Source: an uncultured Desulfatitalea sp. (GTDB lineage Bacteria; Desulfobacterota; Desulfobacteria; Desulfobacterales; Desulfosarcinaceae). From it: a stretch of 64,000 nt of DNA. This document shows positions 52,062 through 61,371 of this stretch, in pieces. Below the pieces are notes generated by a model. It saw nothing but the letters and a program-made list of their open reading frames with translations, was not told the origin of the DNA and ran no database searches. The translations under genes and the position numbers were made by a program. The first letter of the stretch is position 1. The number at the start of each line of letters is the position of its first letter. The stretch lies in NCBI GenBank assembly GCA_963668675.2, contig CAXXMB010000002.1, forward strand, positions 1,184,001 to 1,248,000. The letters are read 5' to 3'.

Positions 52062-52089
52062 TGTTAGCTTCTTGTTAGCGTTTGGTTAG
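52062..52089 (-). promoter_or_regulatory. Pho-box-like direct repeats with 11-bp period
   Basis: TGTTAG (52062), TGTTAG (52073), GGTTAG (52084), i.e. CTAAC(A/C) three times on the coding strand, upstream of phoB. Confidence 0.65.
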
Positions 52090-52106
52090 GATTTGAAAAG
52101 TGCCGT

Positions 52107-52379
52107 CTATTTGCATGTAAAGGGATAAAAATGGTGGAGGCAGTAGCCGCCAGGGTCGCCGTACATCACTTCGCTTTCGGCCATGCAGACGCCGATGGCC
52201 TCGCGCGACACAGACTCGTAATCGGGACGCTGCTCCTCCTCCTTTTTACACGCCAGACAGATCGGCTCATGATCATAGACAGACAAGATGCGCTTGTCTT
52301 GCGGCCCCAGGCCGGCGTTGCAGCGATGGCATGCCAACGCACAGGATAACTTCTCTTCCCATTTGTCCATTGAATCCAT
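52107..52379 (-). CDS. Small Cys-rich (CxxC...CxxC) protein
   Basis: ACHRC...RILSVYDHEPICLACKKEEEQRPDY plus further Cys/His. Confidence 0.7.
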   Translation of the reverse strand: MDSMDKWEEKLSCALACHRCNAGLGPQDKRILSVYDHEPICLACKKEEEQRPDYESVSREAIGVCMAESEVMYGDPGGYCLHHFYPFTCK

Positions 52380-52477
52380 CCTTTGATCGGGGTATGTCAT
52401 ACGTTCGCATTCAGTCGATACCACTGGTCCAACATAATAGCGGATCGGCAAAACTCAAATCAAGAGCGGAGCATGCG

Positions 52478-53056
52478 TTGACCCTTTTCAACATCATCGC
52501 TATTGCGGTCGCCCTGGCCATGGACGCCTTTGCCGTGGCCATTGCCGCAGGCATCAAGCTGGGATCTGTCGATTGGCGCCAGAACTTCAGGTTGGCATGG
52601 CACTTCGGCTTTTTCCAGGCGGCCATGCCAGTCATCGGCTGGGCGGCGGGCCTCACCATCCGCCAGCAGATCGAACGCTACGACCACTGGGTCGCCTTTA
52701 TCCTGCTCGTTTTCGTCTCCCAGGGCATGTTGCGCGAAGCCTTCAAGAAAGAGGATGAAACCAACACTCCCAAAGATCCCACCAAAGGGGCCACCATGGT
52801 GATGCTCTCGCTTGCCACCAGCCTGGATGCACTGGCCGTGGGATTGAGCCTCTCGATGATCAACATCTCCATATGGGCCCCCTCCCTGATCATCGGCATC
52901 GTGGCCGCCGTGTTCACCACCATCGGACTTCACCTCGGCAAACGCGTCTCCAAGGCCGCTCAGATCCGCCGTTACGCCGACATCATCGGCGCTCTGGTCT
53001 TACTGGCCATCGGCATCAACATTCTGAGAGAACACGGGGTGTTCGACAGCTTTTAA
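52478..53056 (+). CDS. mntP: Manganese efflux pump MntP
   Basis: ALAMDAFAVA, FGFFQAAMP, DHWVAF, ATSLDALAVG. Confidence 0.92.
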   Translation: MTLFNIIAIAVALAMDAFAVAIAAGIKLGSVDWRQNFRLAWHFGFFQAAMPVIGWAAGLTIRQQIERYDHWVAFILLVFVSQGMLREAFKKEDETNTPKDPTKGATMVMLSLATSLDALAVGLSLSMINISIWAPSLIIGIVAAVFTTIGLHLGKRVSKAAQIRRYADIIGALVLLAIGINILREHGVFDSF

Positions 53057-53065
53057 GATCGTGAT

Positions 53066-53509
53066 TCAGGGCTCCAAAAATTTCCACCCCATGGGAGGCT
53101 GAGCCACCCGCCGGGCGGTGGTGTCGAGAAGCTCGAAGAGGATTACCTCCATGATGTGCCACACCTTGACGCCCTCGCGGACACAGCCAGTGATGGTCTT
53201 TCCCGACCGGCCGCACGCCATGTGCATATGCAGCAGCGGTGTTCCGCTCTCATCCACGAAAAGCGTTCCCGTACCGGCCACCTCGTGGACCTCGTCCAAC
53301 AAATGCGTCACAGGTTCAATCGTCGCTGCGCGCCCCTTCTCCGGCCCGACCACCAGTCGACTGCCAGCATCGGCACCGCCTACGACGATGAGCGCCGCCG
53401 CCCGGATCTGCTGTTCGCGGGCAAAGCGCTCGATGGTCTCATGGACGACGTCGCCATCCTCCAGGCGGATGACGAAGATACGGCCCTGCTTGGCTTCTGA
53501 GAATTTCAT
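53066..53509 (-). CDS. PPC/DUF296 domain protein
   Basis: FVIRLEDG, GTGTL, LHMHMACG, GCVREG, MEV. Confidence 0.85.
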   Translation of the reverse strand: MKFSEAKQGRIFVIRLEDGDVVHETIERFAREQQIRAAALIVVGGADAGSRLVVGPEKGRAATIEPVTHLLDEVHEVAGTGTLFVDESGTPLLHMHMACGRSGKTITGCVREGVKVWHIMEVILFELLDTTARRVAQPPMGWKFLEP

Positions 53510-53609
53510 TCTACAATCCCATGCCCGACTTTGCCGGGAATATAAGTGAAAGGCTCTATATGAGGAGATGCTGTCAATTGTATCTGCCAGCAATATTACC
53601 TTGAATTCG

Positions 53610-54320
53610 CTACTCTTCGGTCATGGGCGACGGTTGAGGCGCTTCCGGCTCGGAGATGACATCCATGAACGCCCGGAACAGAACGACATGCACAAAAAGG
53701 CCGATCAAAGACCAGATAGCGTTGACAATGATGCGAAACAAATCGTTGGAGGTGAAAACCTGTACCAACTGATCCGCCGCCAGTCCGGCGACAAAAATCG
53801 GAATGTAGGTCATCAGGAGCAGCATAAAAACAAGCGCCAGATGCTTCTTCGTATCCTCGAAGCTCTTTTGAATCGCCTCGCGCGGATTCACCCCGAACAG
53901 CACAAGATGAAATTCGGCAAACGCCAACCGTATGGCCAACCATATCCCAGGGAAAATCAGCATGCTGATTCCCAGTCCGATCAGAAAAACCGATATCGTT
54001 TTCAAAATAAGCAGCGGCACCCAACGCTGAATCGCCCCAATGATCAGTTCACTGCTGGTCGGTTGCTCCTGGCGGGCACGCTTGGCCATCAACTGAATCA
54101 GCGCCGCGGTATAGATGGGATAGATGAGCAGATTGACCGCCAACGGCGCAAATATGGCAAGATGCGTCCCCTTGTAAGCCTCCGCCAAGATAAAATCGGA
54201 TAGCGAAGCGACAAAGAGAAAGGGCGCGCAGACCAACGCAATCTGCTTCAGATGACGGGTAAAAAAGATATAGGCGTCAGTAATGATCGTCTGAATTTGT
54301 TTGGCAAGGGGTTTTTGCAT
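53610..54320 (-). CDS. YciC-like membrane protein
   Basis: Multiple TMs; LIFPGIWLAIRLAF, EAIQKSF. Confidence 0.7.
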   Translation of the reverse strand: MQKPLAKQIQTIITDAYIFFTRHLKQIALVCAPFLFVASLSDFILAEAYKGTHLAIFAPLAVNLLIYPIYTAALIQLMAKRARQEQPTSSELIIGAIQRWVPLLILKTISVFLIGLGISMLIFPGIWLAIRLAFAEFHLVLFGVNPREAIQKSFEDTKKHLALVFMLLLMTYIPIFVAGLAADQLVQVFTSNDLFRIIVNAIWSLIGLFVHVVLFRAFMDVISEPEAPQPSPMTEE

Positions 54321-54467
54321 CGTCTCTTTTCCGGTGATTGGTAATGAAGGGCAAACATTTAACATGAGTCCGGCCTGCCTGCAAATCCAAATCGGTCAGA
54401 AAATCAATCCAAAGGAGAACCGCCGTCAAGCCACCGGCACACCCTCTTCTCTTTCTTTACCGTTAAT

Positions 54468-54479
54468 TTGTCTTGACAA
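54468..54479. promoter_or_regulatory. HutC-type GntR operator overlapping a TTGACA -35
   Basis: TTGTC-tt-GACAA inverted repeat, one mismatch from GTCTAGAC. Confidence 0.6.
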
Positions 54480-54533
54480 CTTAACATCTTTTGACATACA
54501 CAACGGCAAAACACAATGGAGGACACACCCATC

Positions 54534-55265
54534 ATGCTAAACCCCAACGCCCCCATCCCCTTGTACCGACAGCTCGCAGAGCTGCTCACCGAGGGCATCC
54601 GTTCGGGGATCTATCAGCCAGGAAGCCGAATCCCCTCCGAACCTAAGCTGGCCGCCGAACACCGCCTCGGCCGCCCCACCGTCCGGCAGGCCATCGACCT
54701 TCTGGTGCGCAGGGGACTGCTGGTACGCCGCCGCGGTTCGGGTACCTACGTATGCGACCCCCAGCAAGAGGTGGACCTCTTCTCCCTGGACGGCACCGGC
54801 GCATCATTCGCCAAGACCGGCGTTCCGGTCGAGACTCGCATTTTGGCGCCCCCGACGCTCTGCTCAGTGGATGGCCAGAAAGACAATCCGTTCAGGGGAC
54901 TTCAGGCCTACACCCTGAGCCGCCTGACCCGGGCGGCCGGTACGCCGGTGCTGGTGGAGGATCTCTACCTGCACCCGAACCTTTTTGCCGGGATCGACCG
55001 AATGAACCTGGAAGGGCGCTCCCTGTCGGCCGTTGCCGAAGAGAAGTACTACCTCCGCCCATCCGGCGGAAGACAGAGCTTCAGCATCGCCTATCCGGAT
55101 CAAAAGAGGTCCGACGATCTCGAGATTACCCCCCAAACACCCCTTCTCGCGGTCAGCCGCTGGCTCCATTTCCCGCAAACCAAAAACGGCGTCTACACAA
55201 GGCTTTGGTGCCGCACAGATCAATTTGTCTTTACCCAAACCATTGGAGGAACCGCATATGCATAG
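54534..55265 (+). CDS. GntR family regulator, HutC/UTRA subfamily
   Basis: PLYRQL, RIPSEPKLA, RPTVRQA, RRGSGTYV; UTRA-sized C-terminal domain. Confidence 0.9.
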   Translation: MLNPNAPIPLYRQLAELLTEGIRSGIYQPGSRIPSEPKLAAEHRLGRPTVRQAIDLLVRRGLLVRRRGSGTYVCDPQQEVDLFSLDGTGASFAKTGVPVETRILAPPTLCSVDGQKDNPFRGLQAYTLSRLTRAAGTPVLVEDLYLHPNLFAGIDRMNLEGRSLSAVAEEKYYLRPSGGRQSFSIAYPDQKRSDDLEITPQTPLLAVSRWLHFPQTKNGVYTRLWCRTDQFVFTQTIGGTAYA

Positions 55266-56493
55266 ACGAGGCTACTACGACGAATTCGGTGGCGCCTTCC
55301 TTCCGGAGATACTGGCCGCCACCTTTGACGAGCTGGAAACGGCCTTCGAGGCAGCCAAGTCCGACCCGGACTTCTGGGACACCTATCTCAGACTGATGGC
55401 CAACTACTCCGGGCGCCCCACCCCGCTCACTTTTGCCGAACGCCTCACTGCCTATTTCGGCGGCGCCAAGATCTACATCAAACGTGAAGATCTCAACCAT
55501 ACCGGCGCCCATAAAGCCAACAACGTAATGGGCCAGGGAATGCTGGTCCGGCGCATGGGAAAAACCCGTGTGATCGCCGAGACCGGTGCCGGGCAGCACG
55601 GCGTGGCCACCGCCACCATGGCCGCCCGCTTCGGATTCGACTGCACCATCTATATGGGCGAAGTGGACGTATTGCGCCAGCGGCCCAATGTCTTCTGGAT
55701 GGAGCGCCTGGGGGCCACGGTGGTGCCGGTCCGGGACGGCACCCGCATATTGAAAGATGCCATCAATGAAGCGTTCCGGGACTGGGTCAGCAACATGGAC
55801 ACCACCCATTACGTCCTCGGAACAGCTTGCGGACCGCACCCGTTTCCCGAGATGGTCACCTACTTCCAATCGATCATCGGTAAAGAAGCGAGACGCCAGG
55901 TCATGGAAGCGGAGAAGAGACTCCCCCAAAGGGTCTATGCATGCGTGGGCGGCGGATCCAATGCCATGGGGCTCTTTTCAGGCTTTCTCGACGACCCGGT
56001 AGAGCTGGTGGGCGTTGAGGCCGGCGGAGAGGGGTTGGAGAGCGGACATCACGCCTCGCGCCTCAAAGCCACCGATGCCAGTGTTGGCGTGGCCCAGGGA
56101 TACAAAACCTATTTCCTGCAAAACGAAGATGGCCAGATGCGCGAAACCCACAGCATCGCCGCCGGACTCGACTATGTCGGCGTATCGCCGATTCTCTCCA
56201 ATTTCAAGAAAACAGGCCGAGCCCGATTCGAAGCGGCCACCGACGAAGAGGTTGTGGCGGCCCTGACACTGAGCATGCAAAAGGAGGGGCTCATACCGGC
56301 CCTGGAGTCGGCCCACGCGTTTGCCCACGCCTTCAAGGAAGCGCCCGAAATGTCACCCGACGAAATCATCATCATCAACCAGTCAGGCCGAGGCGACAAG
56401 GACATCTTTACCATTGCCGATGCCTTCGACGATCCGAAATGGCAAGACTTTATCCGGCAGAAAGCGGAGGAATATGGAAAAGTTGGAAAGTGA
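55258..56493 (+). CDS. trpB: Tryptophan synthase beta chain
   Basis: GRPTPL, KREDLNHTGAHK, AETGAGQHG, GGGSNA, GLDYVG, PALESAHA, SGRGDKD. Confidence 0.96.
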   Translation: MHRRGYYDEFGGAFLPEILAATFDELETAFEAAKSDPDFWDTYLRLMANYSGRPTPLTFAERLTAYFGGAKIYIKREDLNHTGAHKANNVMGQGMLVRRMGKTRVIAETGAGQHGVATATMAARFGFDCTIYMGEVDVLRQRPNVFWMERLGATVVPVRDGTRILKDAINEAFRDWVSNMDTTHYVLGTACGPHPFPEMVTYFQSIIGKEARRQVMEAEKRLPQRVYACVGGGSNAMGLFSGFLDDPVELVGVEAGGEGLESGHHASRLKATDASVGVAQGYKTYFLQNEDGQMRETHSIAAGLDYVGVSPILSNFKKTGRARFEAATDEEVVAALTLSMQKEGLIPALESAHAFAHAFKEAPEMSPDEIIIINQSGRGDKDIFTIADAFDDPKWQDFIRQKAEEYGKVGK

Positions 56494-56591
56494 AGGAAGA
56501 TGGCCAATTTGATCCCGGTTTTTTAGGGTACAACCAAGCCTCATGGATGAATATGCCCACATCCTTGATACAATCGGACAGAATACATCAG

Positions 56592-56630
56592 CTTTCATAC
56601 TTTCTTACTTTTTACTTTCATACTTTTTTA
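56592..56630 (+). repeat. Degenerate 7-8-nt tandem repeat CTTTC(A/T)TA x5
   Basis: ctttcata ctttctta cttttta ctttcata ctttttta. Confidence 0.6.
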
Positions 56631-56647
56631 CCTGAAGGAATTTGATC

Positions 56648-57406
56648 ATGCTTGAATCCTATATCCGTAAACGTTTAGAAAAATCGCTTTTGCTAATGAC
56701 CCATATCGTCATCGGCCACCCCTCTCTGGAGGCGTCGTTTGAGATCGTCCGTACCATGGTGGCGGCCGGGGTTGATCTGATGGAGCTTCAGATCCCCTTT
56801 TCAGAGCCCATTGCTGACGGCCCGGTGATTCTCAAAGCCAATCAGCAATCACTGGCAAAGGGCATCACGGTCAAGGAGTGTATGGACTTTGCCAAGCGGG
56901 CCGCCGGGGAGTTCCAAATTCCGTTCCTGTTGATGACCTATTACAATATTCTGTTCAAATACAATGTCGCCCAATTTGCCGATGACATGAAGGCTCATGG
57001 GGTACGCGGGGCCATCGTGCCGGACCTGCCGCACGAAGAGGGGCAGGCGTACCTTGCCGCCATGGAACGCAACGAATTGGCGCCCATCTTCATCTTTGCC
57101 CCCACCACCAATGACGCACGCATGCACGAGATTGCCCGGCACGCCGACGGCTTCGTCTATTGTGTGGCGCGCAAAGGGGTTACAGGTCAGCAAACCGAGT
57201 TTTCAGACCATCTACAGCGCTACCTGAACCGCTGCCGCCAGGCAACCAACCTGCCCCTGGCCCTGGGATTCGGCGTCAAGGACCGGAGGGATATCGATTT
57301 TCTCACCGGCAAAGCCGACATAGCGGTCATCGGTACCCAGACGATAAACGTCTTCGAAGAGAAGGGGGTAGAAGCGGTGGGTGATTTTATTGCCGGATTA
57401 AGATAA
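56648..57406 (+). CDS. trpA: Tryptophan synthase alpha chain
   Basis: ELQIPFSEPIADGPVI, LMTYYN, VPDLP, GVTG, LGFGV. Confidence 0.95.
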   Translation: MLESYIRKRLEKSLLLMTHIVIGHPSLEASFEIVRTMVAAGVDLMELQIPFSEPIADGPVILKANQQSLAKGITVKECMDFAKRAAGEFQIPFLLMTYYNILFKYNVAQFADDMKAHGVRGAIVPDLPHEEGQAYLAAMERNELAPIFIFAPTTNDARMHEIARHADGFVYCVARKGVTGQQTEFSDHLQRYLNRCRQATNLPLALGFGVKDRRDIDFLTGKADIAVIGTQTINVFEEKGVEAVGDFIAGLR

Positions 57407-57419
57407 GAAGAAAAGACAT

Positions 57420-58475
57420 ATGAAAGACAAAATAGTACGTCTAAAAGAGTGTAGCCGACACCTCCCTTTCGTTACCGCTCATCTTCCGGGGGTGGGTGGG
57501 GAGATCAAGGCTGAACCTGAGCATTTTAACGTGGAAGAGATCCTGCCCTATGCGCCCTGTGGAGAGGGCGAGCATCTCTTCGTAACCCTTCGAAGAGCGG
57601 GATGGAACACGGCCGATGTGGCCGCGGCGCTGGCTGATCGCTTCGACCTGAAAAGCGTCGATGTGGGTTGGGGCGGCCGTAAAGACAAGCAGGCCGTCAC
57701 CACCCAAACGTTCTCCCTTCATCTGCCCGTTGCGGTGACGAACGCGCAGGCCGAAGCCGCCCTGGCGGAGTTGCCGTTCGAGCTCCTCGCCGTGCAACGC
57801 CATCGTAACAAGCTCAAGACCGGCCACGTGGCCGGCAACCGTTTCCGCATCCTGTTGACACAGGTGGGACCGGATGCCCTGACCGTCGCTGAACCGGTTG
57901 CCGATGAAATTCGACGGCACGGTATCCCCAACTACTATGGCGAGCAACGCTTCGGATTCCATATGGCCAATATCGATCGTGCCATGCACTTAGCCGAACG
58001 TGGACGGCCCGCACGGAGTAAGAAGGATGCCTTCGTGGTGTCGGTCCTGCAGAGCGCCCTTTTCAATTTATGGCTGACCGAGCGGATGGCACGCGATCAA
58101 TACCAAACGATCCTGTCGGGCGATGTGGCCCAGAAAACCGACACCGGAGGACTGTTTGTGGTGGAAGATGTCGAGGAGGCGTCTGAGCGCTTTTTAAAAG
58201 GCGCGATTACTTATACGGGGCCTATTTTCGGCCCCAAGATGAAGGCTGCCGCCGATGTAGCGGCGCAGTATGAATCCCGGATCCTGGACAACGTTGACTT
58301 GAGCCTTGACGCCTTCAAGCGGCTCAGGGCACCGGGCGCGAGGCGCATGGCCGTACTGACGGTGGACGATCTGGCCATCCGGCAGGAGGAGGCCGGCCTG
58401 CACTTCACCTTCACCCTTCCCCGCGGCGCCTATGCCACCATGGTGATGCGCGAATTCATGCGCGCCGACGGGTAA
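57420..58475 (+). CDS. truD: tRNA pseudouridine(13) synthase
   Basis: GRKDKQAVTTQ, GNRFRI, PNYYGEQRFG, FTLPRGAYAT. Confidence 0.94.
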   Translation: MKDKIVRLKECSRHLPFVTAHLPGVGGEIKAEPEHFNVEEILPYAPCGEGEHLFVTLRRAGWNTADVAAALADRFDLKSVDVGWGGRKDKQAVTTQTFSLHLPVAVTNAQAEAALAELPFELLAVQRHRNKLKTGHVAGNRFRILLTQVGPDALTVAEPVADEIRRHGIPNYYGEQRFGFHMANIDRAMHLAERGRPARSKKDAFVVSVLQSALFNLWLTERMARDQYQTILSGDVAQKTDTGGLFVVEDVEEASERFLKGAITYTGPIFGPKMKAAADVAAQYESRILDNVDLSLDAFKRLRAPGARRMAVLTVDDLAIRQEEAGLHFTFTLPRGAYATMVMREFMRADG

Positions 58476-58639
58476 GGCTTTGACTTTCTTTCACAAGGAA
58501 AATGGGCTAAACATTCAGACTGGTGTTTGGGCTGAAACTGCCGATATTAAGGATCTGAACCAAACCCTGGTGCGTGAATAAATCAGAGGGAAACCGTGAA
58601 TACCGATATCAGAGCACAACTGGACCGGAGGTGGCATAT

Positions 58640-59821
58640 ATGGGATCGTTAAGCCGCTGGGTCATCTTCCTGGCCGCTTTCTTCTGCATATATGGCGCGT
58701 TCCATCTCTATGTATTGATCAAGGTGAGACGCGCGCTCTACCTTGAGAGCTGGGGCTATATTCTGTGGGTGGTCATCCTGCTGTTCCTGATGACGGCGCT
58801 GATCAATGCGAGAATACTCACCGAGAGCTATCCGATCTTCTCCCTTGCCTTGACCTGGATCGGCTACCTCTGGATGGCCTACCTGTTTCTGTTTGTCTGC
58901 CTGGCAATCCCCATAGACAGCTACCATTTGATGGTCAGCTTGCTGCAGCAGCTGTTCAACGTCGATTGGACCAATGTCGTCATGCTTCGGCGCAACAGTC
59001 TGGCCCTGGTGGCCATCGGTGCGGGTGGCGTCATGATTTACGGTGCTTACGCCGCCTACCAGGTCGGCGTCGAACACATATCCCTTCGCAGCCCCAAAAT
59101 CTCGGCAACAGACGGTCGGGTGCGCATCGTGCAAATATCGGATCTTCACCTGGGGCCGATGCTCTACCCCGGACGCCTCAATCCAATCCTGGCCACCATT
59201 CGCACGGCCCAGCCCGACATCCTGGTTTCCACGGGCGACCTGGTCGATGGAAAAATCATGAATGAGACGGAGGTTGCCCGCGAGCTGAACGCCCTGCCCG
59301 CAAAGATCGGCAAATTTTCGGTAAGCGGCAACCATGAAAAGTACCACGGTATCGAAAACGCCATGGCATTTACGAGCGACGCCGGTTTCAAACCTTTGCA
59401 CGACGAAAGCGTACCGTTGGGCCATTCAATCATCGTCGTCGGCCTGGACGACGCTTCCGAACGACAGAAGGAGCGTGAGTTGCTTGCCGGCCTGCCGCCC
59501 GAAAAATTCATCCTGCTGCTCAAGCATCGTCCCGATGTCACGGACGGCAGCCCAAATCACTTCGACCTGCAGCTCTCAGGACATACCCACAAGGGACAGA
59601 TTTTCCCTTTCGGATTGATCGTCAAACTTTTTTACCCCATGTACAACGGCCTTTACAGATTGACCAATGGCGGCCATTTATACGTCAGCAGGGGCACCGG
59701 CACATGGGGGCCACCGATTCGGGTCTTCGCGCCACCGGAGGTCACCATCATCGACCTGCTGCCCCAAAAAGCACCCTCCCCCACCGGGCCCATCGTAACA
59801 CCGCAAACGGGTTCAAAATAG
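58640..59821 (+). CDS. Membrane-anchored metallophosphoesterase (YkuE-like)
   Basis: N-terminal TMs; SDLH, TGDLVD, GNHE, HRP, SGHTH, SRGTGTWGPP. Confidence 0.9.
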   Translation: MGSLSRWVIFLAAFFCIYGAFHLYVLIKVRRALYLESWGYILWVVILLFLMTALINARILTESYPIFSLALTWIGYLWMAYLFLFVCLAIPIDSYHLMVSLLQQLFNVDWTNVVMLRRNSLALVAIGAGGVMIYGAYAAYQVGVEHISLRSPKISATDGRVRIVQISDLHLGPMLYPGRLNPILATIRTAQPDILVSTGDLVDGKIMNETEVARELNALPAKIGKFSVSGNHEKYHGIENAMAFTSDAGFKPLHDESVPLGHSIIVVGLDDASERQKERELLAGLPPEKFILLLKHRPDVTDGSPNHFDLQLSGHTHKGQIFPFGLIVKLFYPMYNGLYRLTNGGHLYVSRGTGTWGPPIRVFAPPEVTIIDLLPQKAPSPTGPIVTPQTGSK

Positions 59822-59962
59822 AGTGAAACCTGTTGCGCTGGGCAATTGACAATGGGGTCCCATGGGCATAAAGTGCCAGCCGGAATTGAACGCGGCGATG
59901 GTGGTCGCGCCTTATTAAACAGATGGCATCCCGTCACATGCCAATGGAAACAATTCAGACAA

Positions 59963-60382
59963 ATGAGTAAACCCGATACCGATTTCTGGCAGAGCCACTC
60001 CCTGAAGTACCTGGAGTGCGCCTTCCGTTCCGACCGTCATGAGGCGGTACGCCGGGCAGATGGTCATGGTATAAAGTGCGGCGATTGCGGTGACACGGTG
60101 GAATTTTTCATCATCTTGAGCCAAGAGCGCCTTCGATCGATCTCTTATGTCGTCAACGGATGCATGAACACCAACGCATGCGCCAATGCGGTCATCGACC
60201 TGGCTGAAAACCGGAGCATGGACGAGGCGTGGGAGATCACCCCAGAGATGGTGGCCGAATACCTGGAGAGCCTGCCCGAAGACCATTTTCACTGTGCGGA
60301 GCTGGCCATTGGTGCGTTTTACCTTGCTCTGGCAGACGCAAAGCGAACCCTTCAAACCGGATGGAAAAAAGCCTACCGTTAA
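59963..60382 (+). CDS. NifU/IscU N-terminal-like Fe-S scaffold
   Basis: CGDCGDTV, GCMNTNAC, HFHCAELA. Confidence 0.85.
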   Translation: MSKPDTDFWQSHSLKYLECAFRSDRHEAVRRADGHGIKCGDCGDTVEFFIILSQERLRSISYVVNGCMNTNACANAVIDLAENRSMDEAWEITPEMVAEYLESLPEDHFHCAELAIGAFYLALADAKRTLQTGWKKAYR

Positions 60383-60528
60383 ACGGCGCTCCTTTACAGA
60401 CGGCCATTCACACCCATTCCGGAGCGGTAAGCCGGTGGCCGGCCGACGATGGCCCGTTTTTGCACACCTCCCGATTATGAACTTAAACACTTAAAATTAC
60501 AACGATTCTATTAAAAATAGCCCGTCAG

Positions 60529-60575
60529 TTGACACCCCGTTTATCCTTGACATGGGGTACCATCTTGACTATAGG
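60529..60575 (+). promoter_or_regulatory. Promoter of the dsrTMK operon
   Basis: TTGACA(60547)-N17-TATAGG; TTGAC repeated at 60529, 60547 and 60565. Confidence 0.6.
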
Positions 60576-60691
60576 TCGGTCTTTGATTTGGTAGGCTGGC
60601 TTTGTGGTGAGGAAGCACCATCAGGGCCTTTTGCATGAGGCTTCGAAGCAGAAACAGAACAGACGCTTCCGCAATTGTGGAATAGCACCCC

Positions 60692-61198
60692 ATGGGACTG
60701 ATTGAGAAAGTTGCACAACAAAAAGATGCATTGGCCGAATTGTGGTTTGAGCGGGTGATCGATACCTATCCCGATGAGACCACCCGTTTTCTTCGCAGTC
60801 AGAAAGATCCTTTCGCCAATCCGGTTGGCCAGACCACTCACAGAAATCTGGTCATCTTGATCGATCTCTTGAGTTCGGGACTGGATACCACTGCCGCACG
60901 GAATGCCCTCGACCCGATTATCCGCATCCGCGCCATTCAGAACTTTACCGCCTCCCAAGCCGTAGGGTTTGTGTTTGATCTGAAACAGATCATTCGCAAA
61001 AAGCTCTCTGCCAAGCCGGACAACGCCAAAGAGATGAACCGCATCGAAAACCTTATCGACAAACTTGCACTCATAGCGTTTGACACCTACATGCAGTGCC
61101 GCGAAAAAATATACGATCTGAAAGCAAACGAAACAAAAGAACGCACGTTCAAAGCGTTTGCCAAAGCAGGTTTGATAAAGGAGTCGGAGGATGACTGA
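60692..61198 (+). CDS. dsrT: DsrT (RsbRD-N-like)
   Basis: DPFANPVG, IIRIRAIQNFTASQAV, FDTYMQCRE; position before dsrMK. Confidence 0.85.
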   Translation: MGLIEKVAQQKDALAELWFERVIDTYPDETTRFLRSQKDPFANPVGQTTHRNLVILIDLLSSGLDTTAARNALDPIIRIRAIQNFTASQAVGFVFDLKQIIRKKLSAKPDNAKEMNRIENLIDKLALIAFDTYMQCREKIYDLKANETKERTFKAFAKAGLIKESEDD

Positions 61199-61371
61199 AG
61201 CCGGCTCCGCCAGGCAGTTGGATGATTGCGTGTGCGCCACTCCAGCGGGGGGACTTTACCGGAATCCTCGTCGGTCGCATGCGCCGCTAGCCAGCCGCCT
61301 GATCAGATTTAACCCTTTTCATATGGAGGGCCGCAACCGGCGGGTTGGGGCCAAAAGTGAGGTGCGGGTAG

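Noticed and set aside
52380..52477. yybP-ykoY Mn riboswitch upstream of mntP
   Set aside because: No GGGGAGUAG-type core, and the divergent spacer is only about 100 nt
56439..56645. ORF spanning the trpB-trpA gap
   Set aside because: Starts well inside trpB without an SD and translates low-complexity repeats
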